Shown one piece after another: positions 1 through 10,310 of a DNA stretch of 64,000 nucleotides. Origin of the DNA: an uncultured Actinomycetes bacterium (GTDB lineage Bacteria; Actinomycetota; Acidimicrobiia; IMCC26256; DASPTH01); the NCBI GenBank assembly GCA_963721435.1, contig CAVRJC010000007.1, positions 11,843-75,842 on the forward strand, in the 5' to 3' direction. A program made the position numbers and the translations under genes. The notes beneath the pieces were generated by a model. It did no database searches, had not been told where the DNA came from, and was given only the letters and a program-made list of their open reading frames with translations. Each line of letters opens with the position of its first letter. Within the stretch, counting starts at the first letter, position 1.

Positions 1-3
1 CGC

Positions 4-2262
4 GTGCTGCCACGCCGCGGGATCGCCGGGTTCTGGACGATCGACGGTCGCCAGCAGTCGTACAACGTGTTCGTCGCGCCCGGGACGACCGCAGCACTCG
101 CGGCGAGCGGTGGCAGCGCGCTGAGCGAACCGCCGCAGGCACTGCTCGCGTTCTCGAACACCGGCGGCGTCGAAGCGGGCGCCGACCGGTCGACGACCGC
201 GGTGGCTGCGATCGACCGTCGTCTCTCGACGATCACCGCGAGGGCGCGACCGGTGAAGCGCGACCTTCTCGACCTCGCGAACGCCGCCGGCGAATCGCTG
301 ACGCAGCTCTACTTCACCGTCGGGATGTTCGCAGTCGCAGCCGGGATACTCCTGCTCGTCAATGTCTTCGTGATGCTCGCCGACGAGCGCCGTTCGGAGC
401 TCGGCATGCTCCGCGCAGTTGGCATGCGGCGGTCGCTGCTCGTCGGCGGTCTCGCCACGGAGGGCTGGCTCTACGCCGTGATCGCCAGCGCGCTCGGCGC
501 CGCGCTCGGGATTGCCTTCGGGTGGCTCATCGCCTGGCGGGCGGACCAGATCCTCAGCACCGGTCGCGAGGTGAGAGCGTTGCACCTCACGTTCACCTTC
601 GACACGTCGACGGTGATCACAGGATTCGCGATAGGGCTCGCGATCTCGACCGTGACCATCGTGGCGTCGAGCATTCGGATCGCGCGCTTCAACGTGATCC
701 AGGCCATCCGCGACATTCACGCGCCGCCGCGGCCGCGTCCTCGTCGGCGCTGGGCGCGGGTGGGGCTCGTCTCGGTGCTGATCGGCATCGGTGCGACGAT
801 GCTCGGATTCGCCGGACCGGATCCGTACAGCCTCATGCTCGGGCCGATGCTGATTGCGGTCGGCTTGGCGCCGATGCTCGCGCGGCGGTATTCGTCCCGT
901 GCGGTCAACACCGGGGTGTGCGTCGCGGTGCTCGCGTGGGCGATCGGCTGCTTCGGTGTGCTGGCCGCGCTCGACACGACGATCGAGATCCCACTCTTCC
1001 TGCTCCAGGGCCTCGCGATGGCGGCGGCGTCCGTGTATCTCGTGACTGCCTACCTCGGAGGTATCGGGAACGCCCTGGAGCGCCAGGGCGGCCGCGCGCT
1101 GTCCGCTCGCCTCGGCATCGCGTACCCACTCGCTCGACGGTCCCGCACCGCGATGACCCTCGCGATGTTCGCCATCATCGTGCTCACGCTCGTGTACATG
1201 AGCGAGATCTCGTTCATGTTCCGGGGTCGTACCGATGCGATCGCGAAGAACCTCTCCGGCGGCTTCGGCGTGGAGCTCCTCTCGAACCCGAACGATCCCG
1301 TCGCGGCTCACGACCTCGCCGCACTCCCGGGCGTGCGACGAGTTGCGCCCCTCGGCTACGCGACCGCGGATTTCACGGCACCCGGGCGGACCCGCACCTT
1401 GTGGCCCGCCACCGGCATCGGGCCCGAGCTCGTCGCGGCACCGCCGAAGCTGCGCGACCGCGGCAGTTACCCGACGGACCGGGCGGCGTGGCAAGCGGTC
1501 CTCGGCGATCCGGATCTTGCGATCGTCGACGACTACTTCCTCCAGAACGCCGGCGGGCCGTCGGGCAAGGCAGCAGTCATCGGTGACCGGATCGTGATGT
1601 ACGACCCGGTGACGGGGCGATCGCACGCTTTCGTGGTTGCCGCAATGGCCGAGGGCGACGTTCTCGGTAACGGCGCGTTCGTCAGCCAACAGGCACTGTC
1701 CGAGGTGTTCCAGGAGCGCGCGGTCCCGTCTCGCTTCTTCGTGTCGGCTCGCGACGAGGACGCGACCGTCCGCCGGATCCGGTCGGCCTTCATCGCGAAC
1801 GGTGCGGACGCCGACACGGTGCACAGTGTCGTCGCCACCGCGGTCTCCCAGAACAGCGGGTTCTTCACGCTGATGCAGCAGTTCGTCGGGGCGGGGCTGA
1901 TCGTCGGCGTGGCCGGCATCGGCGTGATCATGTTCCGCGCGGTCAGGGAACGCCGTCGGGAGATCGGCGTGCTCCGCTCGCTTGGCTTCCAGGCGCCGGC
2001 AGTCGCGCGTGCGTTCATGTTCGAAGCCGGTTTCATTGCGACCCTCGGTGTCGTGATCGGCGTTCTCATCGCACTCGTCGCGTCGTACGTGCTCGCGGTA
2101 TCGGGCGCCGACTTCGCGACGGGATTCCAGTTCGGGGTACCGGTCGGCGAGATCGTGGTGATCATGGCCGTGGCACTGGTGCCGGCGACGATCGCAGCGC
2201 TGCTGCCGGCGCGGCAGGCTTCGCACATCAAGCCCGCAGTGTCGCTCCGAGTGAACGACTGA
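4..2262 (+). CDS. ABC transporter permease, FtsX/MacB-like with two FtsX domains. The 5' end lies outside the window.
   Basis: 752-aa ORF open to the window edge. It has multiple TM segments and the FtsX-type motif LADERRSELGMLRAVGMRRSLL, and the C-terminal segment VPATIAALLPARQASHIKPAVSLRVND is typical of FtsX permeases. Confidence 0.8.
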   Translation: MLPRRGIAGFWTIDGRQQSYNVFVAPGTTAALAASGGSALSEPPQALLAFSNTGGVEAGADRSTTAVAAIDRRLSTITARARPVKRDLLDLANAAGESLTQLYFTVGMFAVAAGILLLVNVFVMLADERRSELGMLRAVGMRRSLLVGGLATEGWLYAVIASALGAALGIAFGWLIAWRADQILSTGREVRALHLTFTFDTSTVITGFAIGLAISTVTIVASSIRIARFNVIQAIRDIHAPPRPRPRRRWARVGLVSVLIGIGATMLGFAGPDPYSLMLGPMLIAVGLAPMLARRYSSRAVNTGVCVAVLAWAIGCFGVLAALDTTIEIPLFLLQGLAMAAASVYLVTAYLGGIGNALERQGGRALSARLGIAYPLARRSRTAMTLAMFAIIVLTLVYMSEISFMFRGRTDAIAKNLSGGFGVELLSNPNDPVAAHDLAALPGVRRVAPLGYATADFTAPGRTRTLWPATGIGPELVAAPPKLRDRGSYPTDRAAWQAVLGDPDLAIVDDYFLQNAGGPSGKAAVIGDRIVMYDPVTGRSHAFVVAAMAEGDVLGNGAFVSQQALSEVFQERAVPSRFFVSARDEDATVRRIRSAFIANGADADTVHSVVATAVSQNSGFFTLMQQFVGAGLIVGVAGIGVIMFRAVRERRREIGVLRSLGFQAPAVARAFMFEAGFIATLGVVIGVLIALVASYVLAVSGADFATGFQFGVPVGEIVVIMAVALVPATIAALLPARQASHIKPAVSLRVND

Positions 2263-2276
2263 GCCGGAGGGTCCGG

Positions 2277-3137
2277 ATGGACGACTTCTACACGACGTTC
2301 CTCCGCACGCTCGACCGGGACGAATGGGGTCACCCCGTGCTCCCGACGCCCGAGCGGGTCAAGCGACGTGCGTACGCCGGAGAGCTGCTCGACCTGCAGA
2401 TCGAGCTGGTGAAGATGCAGTCGTGGGTGCGCACGACCGGCCAGCGCGTGTTGTTGCTGTTCGAGGGGCGGGACACCGCGGGCAAGGGCGGCACGATCCA
2501 GCGCATGCGCGAGCACATGAACCCGCGCTTCGCCCGTCACGTCGCGCTCCCCGTGCCGAACGAGACCGAAAGCGGTCAGTGGTACTTCCAGCGCTACGTG
2601 GAGCAGCTCCCGACGCGCGGCGAGATCGCGTTCTTCGACCGCTCGTGGTACAACCGCGTGGGCGTCGAACGGGTCATGCAGTTCGCGACCGAGGCGCAGG
2701 TCGAGCGCTTCTTCGAGCAGGTGGTGCCGTTCGAGCACTTCCTCGTCGACGATGGCATCCATCTCGTGAAGATCTGGCTGTCGGTCGGACGGGACGAGCA
2801 AGAGCGTCGTCTCGAAGCGCGACGCCACGATCCGCTCAAGCACTGGAAGCTCAGCTCGTTGGACAAGCGAGCGCCCGCGCTGTGGGAGGAGTACACGCTC
2901 GCCGCGTTGGAGCTCTTCAGCCGCACCGACACGGTGCGCACACCGTGGTGGTTCGTGAACAACAACGACAAGCGCGTGGGCCGCCTGAACGTGATTCGGC
3001 ACATCCTGAGCCTGGTGCCCTATGACGACAAGAACACTGGCGTCGTCGGCGATGCCGCGCCGGAGATCGTCGCGCCGGTGCGCGCGTTGCTCCCGACCAT
3101 CGCGCCCGAGCGCGACCGTCAGCCGTTGGAGGAGTGA
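2277..3137 (+). CDS. ppk2: polyphosphate kinase 2 (PPK2 family polyphosphate:nucleotide phosphotransferase)
   Basis: Conserved PPK2 blocks FEGRDTAGKGGTI (Walker A-like), WYFQRYV, FDRSWYNRVGVE and KIWLSVGRDEQERRL. A GGAGGG Shine-Dalgarno precedes the ATG at 2277. Confidence 0.9.
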   Translation: MDDFYTTFLRTLDRDEWGHPVLPTPERVKRRAYAGELLDLQIELVKMQSWVRTTGQRVLLLFEGRDTAGKGGTIQRMREHMNPRFARHVALPVPNETESGQWYFQRYVEQLPTRGEIAFFDRSWYNRVGVERVMQFATEAQVERFFEQVVPFEHFLVDDGIHLVKIWLSVGRDEQERRLEARRHDPLKHWKLSSLDKRAPALWEEYTLAALELFSRTDTVRTPWWFVNNNDKRVGRLNVIRHILSLVPYDDKNTGVVGDAAPEIVAPVRALLPTIAPERDRQPLEE

Positions 3138-3441
3138 CGTCGGCGAGGGTCGTCATGGTGCTGCTGCCTCCCGGGTGCTCCCGTCGGGTTGCTCCAGCCC
3201 GTCCGGCTTCCTTCGACCTTGCCGGTGGTTCCGCTTCCCGAGAATCGATACGTCATGCCCGGACCGACTTCGGTGACGGTCGACTGCGTCACGAACCCGC
3301 GCTTCCCCGACTGCAGGACCTCCCGGGCTCCTCAATGATCAGTGCACAGGGCCATCGAGCCAGCTCCGGGTGCGCGGACGACAACAGGCATGGCTGCGGG
3401 CCGGGCAGCCCGAGGCACGACCGACGTGCGAGAATCCGACC

Positions 3442-3735
3442 ATGCTTGCTGCGTTCTCGATCAGTCCGCTCGGTGTCGGCGACTCGGTCAGTGGCTCGGT
3501 GGCCGAGGCCGTTCGCATCGTCCGTGACAGCGGTCTCCCGAACGAGACCAACGCGATGTTCACGAACGTGGAAGGCGAATGGGACGACGTCATGGCGCTC
3601 ATCAAGGAATGCGTGATGAAGGTGGGAGAATCGGCCCCGCGCGTCAGTGTCGTCATCAAGATCGACCATCGACCCGGTGTCACCGACGCCCTGCACACGA
3701 AGGTCGCCGCCGTCGAGCAACGACTCGGCGAGTGA
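3442..3735 (+). CDS. MTH1187/YkoF-family (DUF77) small protein, possibly thiamin/ligand binding
   Basis: About 97 aa from the internal ATG at 3442; the upstream part of the 3370 ORF looks like noncoding high-GC sequence. The SISPLGVGDSVSGSVAEAV and EGEWDDVMALIKEC motifs resemble the MTH1187/YkoF fold family. Confidence 0.7.
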   Translation: MLAAFSISPLGVGDSVSGSVAEAVRIVRDSGLPNETNAMFTNVEGEWDDVMALIKECVMKVGESAPRVSVVIKIDHRPGVTDALHTKVAAVEQRLGE

Positions 3736-3760
3736 TGACGCTCGCGGGTCGCAGGATCCG

Positions 3761-5059
<1,299 letters not shown>

Positions 5060-5107
5060 GGGGGACTCCTGGTGTGAAGGGGGGTATGCGGGCCCAGGTT
5101 ACCGCTC

Positions 5108-5129
5108 GCCGCGAGGGGTCTCTCGCGGC
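5108..5129. promoter_or_regulatory. 8-bp inverted repeat (GCCGCGAG / CTCGCGGC) with a 6-nt spacer in the divergent gltA / mannosyltransferase intergenic region
   Basis: Read directly from the sequence at 5108-5129. It sits between the divergent starts at 5059 (minus strand) and 5185 (plus strand). Confidence 0.2.
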
Positions 5130-5184
5130 CGGGCCCGGCGCGTGGCGGCACGGTGACGCGTGACTGCTGGCCTACCGTTGCGCA

Positions 5185-6276
5185 GTGACCGTGGGTGAAC
5201 AGGACGTGACGACGCGACCGGCACCCCGGGGCGCGGGTCGGATCGCGGGCGTTCGCTCCCTGTTCCCGCTCGGTGCGGTGGTGGCGCCCTGGTTGATCTC
5301 GCGGATGATCTCGGTGACGGTGCTGCTCGCGGCGATGGACTCGCCGCAGCTCGGCTCGCGGTTCACGCAGCTCGCGATCAAGTGGGACGGCTCGTACTAC
5401 ATGGTGATCGCGCGCCAGGGCTACGGCGCGGTCGACGTCGTGTTCCCTCGGTGGCCGTTCTTCCCGGGTCTTCCCGCGTTGATCCGCCTGCTCGGGGAGC
5501 TCGGACGCGACGACGTGCTGATCTTCGTGGTCAATCAGCTCGCGTTCCTCGTCGCGCTCGCGGGGTTGTACCGGCTCGCTCGCCGTCACGCGAGCACGCG
5601 CGCCGCCGGCCTCGCGGTGTGGTCGCTCGCGCTGTTCCCGGCCTCGTTCGTGTTCTCGATGACGTACCCGTCGGCGATCTTCCTTGCTGCGTCGGTGTGG
5701 GCCTTCATGCTCGTCGAAGACCACCTGGATCTCGTCGCCGGGCTGCTGGCGGCAGCCGCGGCCATCGTGCGCCCGAACGGGATCGTCGTCGCGATCGCGC
5801 TCGTGTTCGCGGTGCGCAGCGCGCGTCGCGCGGTGGTCGTCGCCGGCCCGGCCGTCATCGTCCTCGCCGCGTGGTGCTGGTACTGCTACGACCGCACAGG
5901 GGACGCATTCGTGTTCCTCACGACCAAAGCCCGGTGGGAGGAGATCAGCGCGATCGGGCTCGTCGACGGCCACGCCAAGCTGTCGGTGCTGCCTCACGGC
6001 CTCCTCGCGCTCGGCGCCATCGTCGTGGTGCTGCTCCAACGCCGGAAGATCCCCGGCGTGTGGATCCTGCTGACCGCGCTGTCGCTCCTGCCGTCGCTCC
6101 TCACCGGCATGGTCGGGCTCGCGCGCTACACCAACGAGTGCTTCCCGCCGTTCGTCGCCGCGGGGCAGATCCTCGATCGGTGGGCGCGCGGCGTGCAATA
6201 CGCACTGCTCACGTCGTCGGCGTGCGGGCTGGTGGTGTTCGCCTGGGTCGTCGGGCGCTATCAGCTCGTGCCCTGA
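5185..6276 (+). CDS. integral-membrane glycosyltransferase, PIG-V/Mannosyl_trans2-like (GT76-like) mannosyltransferase
   Basis: Polytopic membrane protein with the motif block IKWDGSYYMVIARQGYGAVDVVFPRWPFFPGLP, matching the WD..Y..IA..GY...FFP signature of the PIG-V family. The start could be the GTG at 5185, 5194 or 5212. Confidence 0.55.
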   Translation: MTVGEQDVTTRPAPRGAGRIAGVRSLFPLGAVVAPWLISRMISVTVLLAAMDSPQLGSRFTQLAIKWDGSYYMVIARQGYGAVDVVFPRWPFFPGLPALIRLLGELGRDDVLIFVVNQLAFLVALAGLYRLARRHASTRAAGLAVWSLALFPASFVFSMTYPSAIFLAASVWAFMLVEDHLDLVAGLLAAAAAIVRPNGIVVAIALVFAVRSARRAVVVAGPAVIVLAAWCWYCYDRTGDAFVFLTTKARWEEISAIGLVDGHAKLSVLPHGLLALGAIVVVLLQRRKIPGVWILLTALSLLPSLLTGMVGLARYTNECFPPFVAAGQILDRWARGVQYALLTSSACGLVVFAWVVGRYQLVP

Positions 6277-6737
6277 GCCGCGGGGACGTCGAGCACCTTC
6301 TCGAAGCACCGCGACATCGGCGACACGCGGTAGTGCCCGTAGCGCTCGATGGCCACGTAACCACACGACTCGTAGAGCGCGATCGCCTCGGGCTGGCGCA
6401 CGCCGGTCTCGAGCCGGACGCGCGCGTACGCGAGGGCAACCGCGCGGCGTTCGAGCTCCGCGAGCAGGCTGCGCGCGATCCCGAGTCGGCGTGCCGCGGG
6501 CACCACGTACATGCGCTTGAGCTCGGCGATGTCGCCGGTGTGCTCGCGGATGCCGCCGCACCCGACCGGGCCGTCGTCGGTGCACGCGACGAGGAACACA
6601 CCGCGCGGCGGCGCGAGATCGACGGGCGCGGGCTCGTCGGGGTCTTCCATGCCGTAACGGTCGAGGAGGTCTGCGAGCAACTCGGCGATGAGCGGTGCGC
6701 CGAGCTCGTCGTCGATCCGCGCAACCTCGAAGCGCAC
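6261..6737 (-). CDS. GNAT family N-acetyltransferase
   Basis: The C-terminal 158 aa of the 6261..6986 ORF carry acetyl-CoA binding motifs VGCGGIREH, ELKRMYVVPAARRLGIARSLLAELE and SCGYV. I propose the GTG start at 6737, 4 nt after the stop of the upstream L,D-transpeptidase gene. The N-terminal part of the ORF is low-complexity and probably not coding. Confidence 0.7.
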   Translation of the reverse strand: MRFEVARIDDELGAPLIAELLADLLDRYGMEDPDEPAPVDLAPPRGVFLVACTDDGPVGCGGIREHTGDIAELKRMYVVPAARRLGIARSLLAELERRAVALAYARVRLETGVRQPEAIALYESCGYVAIERYGHYRVSPMSRCFEKVLDVPAAQGTS

Positions 6738-6741
6738 GGCG

Positions 6742-7533
6742 CTACGCGACGATGTCGACGGGTGTGCCGAGCGGCAGCTGCTTCGAGAGCGTGGTGATGG
6801 CGTCGTTGTCCATGCGCACACAACCGTGGGTGACGTTGCTCCCGAGCACCGACGCGTCGTTGTTGCCGTGGATGCCGATCTCGGCGTCACCGCCGTTGAA
6901 GGTGGCGAGCGCCTCGGAGTGACTCGACAGCCCGTACGCGTACGGCCCGTACACCGTGTTGGGGTCGATCGCCTTGGCGAGGACACGGATGTAGTACTGC
7001 CCGGTCGGCGTGGGCGTCTCCGGTGCGCCGACCGCGACGGTGCCCGTGTACACGAGCTTGTCGAGCTGCGTCACGGTGATCCGGTGCGCGCCGAGCTCGA
7101 CCTTCACGTGGAAGGGGTTGTCGAGGATGTTGACGTCGGTGGCGCGCACCCACCCGGTGGTGCCGTTCGGTCGGACCGGCAGCAACACCTGGACCCAGCC
7201 CTTGGTCTGTGCCTGCACGAGGAAGACCTGCGGCACCGTCTGGGTCGGGTAGTCGGGGTCGACGACCCACGGGTTGGGAAGTGTCATCGTGGGCGCGCTG
7301 GCGTTGGCCGACGCGTAGACCGCGAGTTGCGGGACCTTCGCGCTCGCGGTCTGCGAGTAGCCGGGCGGCGGCGCCTGTCCGGGCCCGGTGGTCGCGACCG
7401 TGGTGGTGGGAAGCGTCGTGGGGCCGATCTGCTTGCCCAGCGTGGCGTCGCCACTGCCCCCGCCGCACGCGGTGGCGACGAGCACCAGTGCGCACACGAG
7501 CGCTCCCCACGCCCACGCCCGGATCCGTTTCAC
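6742..7533 (-). CDS. L,D-transpeptidase (YkuD domain) lipoprotein
   Basis: Catalytic HGCVRM motif near the C-terminus and a lipoprotein-type signal VKRIRAWAWGALVCALVLVATAC. I placed the start at the GTG at 7533 (V20 of the listed ORF) so that it does not overlap the marR stop at 7544. The ORF-track start at 7590 is an alternative. Confidence 0.8.
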   Translation of the reverse strand: MKRIRAWAWGALVCALVLVATACGGGSGDATLGKQIGPTTLPTTTVATTGPGQAPPPGYSQTASAKVPQLAVYASANASAPTMTLPNPWVVDPDYPTQTVPQVFLVQAQTKGWVQVLLPVRPNGTTGWVRATDVNILDNPFHVKVELGAHRITVTQLDKLVYTGTVAVGAPETPTPTGQYYIRVLAKAIDPNTVYGPYAYGLSSHSEALATFNGGDAEIGIHGNNDASVLGSNVTHGCVRMDNDAITTLSKQLPLGTPVDIVA

Positions 7534-7543
7534 CGACACGATC

Positions 7544-8125
7544 CTACTTTTCGGGTTCTGCTCCTCCGGCGTCACGAGCCACGTCGCCATAGGTGCCGAG
7601 CAGCGTGCGGAGGGAGTCGACGATGGTGCGCCGTTGGCCGGCGGAGACCGTCGTGAGCTGTTCCTCGAGCCCGCCGAGCAGCTCGGCGAGGAGCGCGCGA
7701 CCGGTGCGCACCCCGGGCAGGGTCAGCCGCACGAGCACCCCCCGGCCGTCGGAGGGATCCGCCCGGCGCTCGACCAGCGCGAGCGTCTCGAGGCGGCTCA
7801 CGGCTTTGGTCATGCCCCCCGAGGTCAGGACGACGATTGCGTTCAGCTGGGTGGGGGAGAGCTCGTAGGGCGGGCCGTCGAGGAGCAGCGTGCCGAGGAC
7901 GCGGAACTCCGACGGCACGAGGCCGTAGCGTCGCACGAGGGCGTCGAGGCGCACCTCGAAGAGCCGTCCCAGCCGGTTCAGCCAGAGCCCGACCAGCAGC
8001 ACGGACGGGTCGGTGGCCGTCGGCACCTCGGCGCGCCAGGCGGCGGGGATGCCGCCCTCCGCCCAGGCGGCGTCGACGAGCCCTGCGTCGACCGGTGCGT
8101 CGACCGGCGTCGGAACTGTGTCCAT
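7544..8125 (-). CDS. MarR family transcriptional regulator
   Basis: Winged-helix region LSPTQLNAIVVLTSGGMTKAVSRLETLALVERRADPSDGRGVLVRLT. The start is taken at the internal ATG at 8125 (MDTVPTPVD). It is divergent from the TauD-like gene. Confidence 0.8.
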   Translation of the reverse strand: MDTVPTPVDAPVDAGLVDAAWAEGGIPAAWRAEVPTATDPSVLLVGLWLNRLGRLFEVRLDALVRRYGLVPSEFRVLGTLLLDGPPYELSPTQLNAIVVLTSGGMTKAVSRLETLALVERRADPSDGRGVLVRLTLPGVRTGRALLAELLGGLEEQLTTVSAGQRRTIVDSLRTLLGTYGDVARDAGGAEPEK

Positions 8126-8147
8126 TGCGATGCGCCACCCTCCGTGA

Positions 8148-8165
8148 TACCTTCCTAGGAAGGTA
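8148..8165. promoter_or_regulatory. perfect 18-bp palindrome TACCTTCCTAGGAAGGTA, candidate MarR operator
   Basis: Read directly from the sequence in the 58-bp gap between the marR start (8125) and the tauD-like start (8184). Confidence 0.5.
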
Positions 8166-8183
8166 CTACGAACGGAGCGGCGA

Positions 8184-9044
8184 ATGCAGACAGATCTCAA
8201 GATCTCGGGCACCCTCACGATCGAGCGGGTCAACGCCGCCCTCGGTGCTGTGGTGTCGGGCGTCGACCTGCGCGAGCCGCTCACCGACGACGACTTCGCA
8301 ACCATCCACGACGCGCTGGTCGAGCATCAGGTGTTGTTCTTCCGCGACCAGGATCTCGACGACGACCAACAACGCGCGTTCGCGTCGCGCTTCGGCGCGC
8401 TCGGTGTGTTCCCCGTCGCGCGGATGATGGGCTCCGACCGCGACATGAGCTACATCGAGGACACCGCCGACAGCCCGCCCGACGCCGACGGGTGGCACAC
8501 CGACATCAGCTGGGTCGTCGAGCCGCCCAAGATCGCGGTGCTCAACGCGCGGATCATCCCCGAGTACGGCGGCGACACGATGTGGGCCAGCCTCTTCGGC
8601 GCCTACGACGCGCTCTCGCCGTCGATGCAGGCGATCTGCAACGAGTTGACGGTGCTCCATCACGCCGGTCCGGCGTTCCTCGAGGCGATCGGTCGGTCCA
8701 CCGGCCCCGAGGTCGCGGCGCGCGTCGAGCGTGAGTTCCCGCCGGCCGAGCATCCGCTCGTGCGCACGCACCCGGTCAGTGGCCGACGCGCGCTTTACCT
8801 GTCCGGGTTCATGGACTGCATCGTCGGCATGCATCGCGACGAGAGTGACGCGCTCCTCGGCTACCTCGACTCGCTGATCGAGAACCCGAACATCCAGGTG
8901 CGCTGGCACTGGCGGGCGTTCGATCTCGCGGTGTGGGACGAAGCGAGCACCAACCACCGCGCGCTCTCCGACCACTTTCCCCAGCACCGGATGATGCGAC
9001 GCTGCACGATCGACGGCGACCGCCCGTTCTTCCGCGCGACCTGA
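8184..9044 (+). CDS. TauD/TfdA family Fe(II)/2-oxoglutarate-dependent dioxygenase
   Basis: 286 aa with the HTDISW (HxD) iron-binding motif and a TauD-like fold signature. Confidence 0.85.
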   Translation: MQTDLKISGTLTIERVNAALGAVVSGVDLREPLTDDDFATIHDALVEHQVLFFRDQDLDDDQQRAFASRFGALGVFPVARMMGSDRDMSYIEDTADSPPDADGWHTDISWVVEPPKIAVLNARIIPEYGGDTMWASLFGAYDALSPSMQAICNELTVLHHAGPAFLEAIGRSTGPEVAARVEREFPPAEHPLVRTHPVSGRRALYLSGFMDCIVGMHRDESDALLGYLDSLIENPNIQVRWHWRAFDLAVWDEASTNHRALSDHFPQHRMMRRCTIDGDRPFFRAT

Positions 9045-9066
9045 CGTCGGCCGCTACGTTGCTCCG

Positions 9067-9693
9067 ATGCCACGTCGGGCGTTGGTCGAAGCAAGCGAAG
9101 CGCTCGCGAGTCGTGACCCGCAGCTGGCCTCGGTCATCGCGACCGTCGGGCCCTGCGACATCAGATCGAGTCGCCCGAAGCGCACCCACTTCGCGGAGCT
9201 CGTGCGCGCGATCTGCTACCAACAGCTCGCGGGCGCGGCCGCGAGCACGATCCACGGTCGCGTCGAAGCGCTGTTCGACGCGCCGCCCACGCCGGAGGCG
9301 ATGCTCGCGCTGCCCGTCGAGTCGCTGCGCGGTGCCGGGCTCTCCGGCAACAAGACCGCGTCCGTGCGTGACCTCGCCGAGCGGGTGCTCGCCGGTGACG
9401 TCGAGCTCGACCGTGTGAGCCGGCTCCCCGACGACGAGGTCGTGCGTGAGCTCACGCTCGTCCGTGGTATCGGCCGCTGGACCGCCGAGATGTTCCTCAT
9501 CTTTCAACTCGGTCGCCTCGACGTGTGGCCGGTCGACGACTTCGGCGTGCGCAAGGGCTACGGCCGCATCTACGCGCTGCCCGAAGCACCGAAGCCACGC
9601 GCGCTCGAGGAGCTCGGTGAGCCGTTCCGGCCCCTGCGATCGGTCGTGGCCTGGTACTGCTGGCGCGCCGCGGAGCTGCCCGAGCTCGGGTGA
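9067..9693 (+). CDS. DNA-3-methyladenine glycosylase II / HhH-GPD base-excision glycosylase (AlkA-like)
   Basis: HhH-GPD motif LTLVRGIGRWTAEMFLIFQLGRLDVWPVDDFGVRKG. Confidence 0.8.
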   Translation: MPRRALVEASEALASRDPQLASVIATVGPCDIRSSRPKRTHFAELVRAICYQQLAGAAASTIHGRVEALFDAPPTPEAMLALPVESLRGAGLSGNKTASVRDLAERVLAGDVELDRVSRLPDDEVVRELTLVRGIGRWTAEMFLIFQLGRLDVWPVDDFGVRKGYGRIYALPEAPKPRALEELGEPFRPLRSVVAWYCWRAAELPELG

Positions 9694-9695
9694 GC

Positions 9696-10232
9696 TCAGC
9701 GGTCCGGCGCGGGCGACGAGCGTTGCCGCCAGCGTTCGTGCATCGCCGCGGCATGCTCGGCGAACGGCGGGAGCCCGACCTTGCGCCGCCGTTCCTCGAC
9801 CGCCCCGAGGTCGTCGATCGGCCAGGGCTCGAGGTCGCCGCTGCGCCCGACCACGAACTGCGACCCGTAGAGCTGCGGGAGACCGTCGGCCATGCGGACG
9901 CGATCGAGCAGGAGCGCGTAGTGCTGCGGATCGGCGTCGCCGGAGTCGACGGCCACCTCGAGCAGCTCGAGGCAGCGGTGCTGCAGACCCGGGTCTTCGA
10001 TGGCCTCCTGCACGATGATCCACGCCGCCCGGGCGCCGTCGTCGCCCACCAGCCGGCGACCGGGCCACACCTCGTAGTCGTCGAGCACGGTCCAGATGCG
10101 GTCGGCGTGGCGACGGTCGACGACCCGTCGCGCGTCGAGGAGCGCGGGGTCGTCGTGGGCGAGCGCCGCGGCTTCGCGATGTTCCGCGAGCATCGCCACG
10201 AGCTCGGCGCGCAATGCACCGTCGACCGGCAT
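9696..10232 (-). CDS. hypothetical protein
   Basis: GC3-biased ORF. The start is taken at the internal ATG (MPVDGALRAEL) to leave a promoter gap before the divergent ABC-F gene. I did not recognise any domain. Confidence 0.4.
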   Translation of the reverse strand: MPVDGALRAELVAMLAEHREAAALAHDDPALLDARRVVDRRHADRIWTVLDDYEVWPGRRLVGDDGARAAWIIVQEAIEDPGLQHRCLELLEVAVDSGDADPQHYALLLDRVRMADGLPQLYGSQFVVGRSGDLEPWPIDDLGAVEERRRKVGLPPFAEHAAAMHERWRQRSSPAPDR

Positions 10233-10310
10233 CGGGCTCAGGGTACGCTCGCACTCGTGTAGCACGCCGGTCCCCGCTCCGACCCTCCTCATCACGCTCC
10301 GGGATCGCTC

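Noticed and set aside
1533-3002. 489-aa minus-strand ORF
   Set aside because: It is antisense to the FtsX permease and PPK2 genes. Its composition is low-complexity Arg/Ala/Pro-rich, as expected for the mirror frame of high-GC genes, and it has no recognisable domain.
3119-3330. Minus-strand ORF (…EVGPGMTYRFSGSGTTGKVEGSRTGWSNPTG…) overlapping the PPK2 3' end
   Set aside because: It is Gly-rich low-complexity with GC3 clearly below the genome's coding norm, has no credible start, and overlaps a well-supported gene.
3138-3441. Possible TPP (THI-box) riboswitch upstream of the MTH1187/YkoF homolog
   Set aside because: YkoF homologs are often thiamin-regulated, but I could not find the conserved CTGAGA or ACCTGATCTGGATAATGCCAGCG elements in either strand of the 304-bp gap. 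A covariance-model scan (Rfam RF00059) would be decisive.
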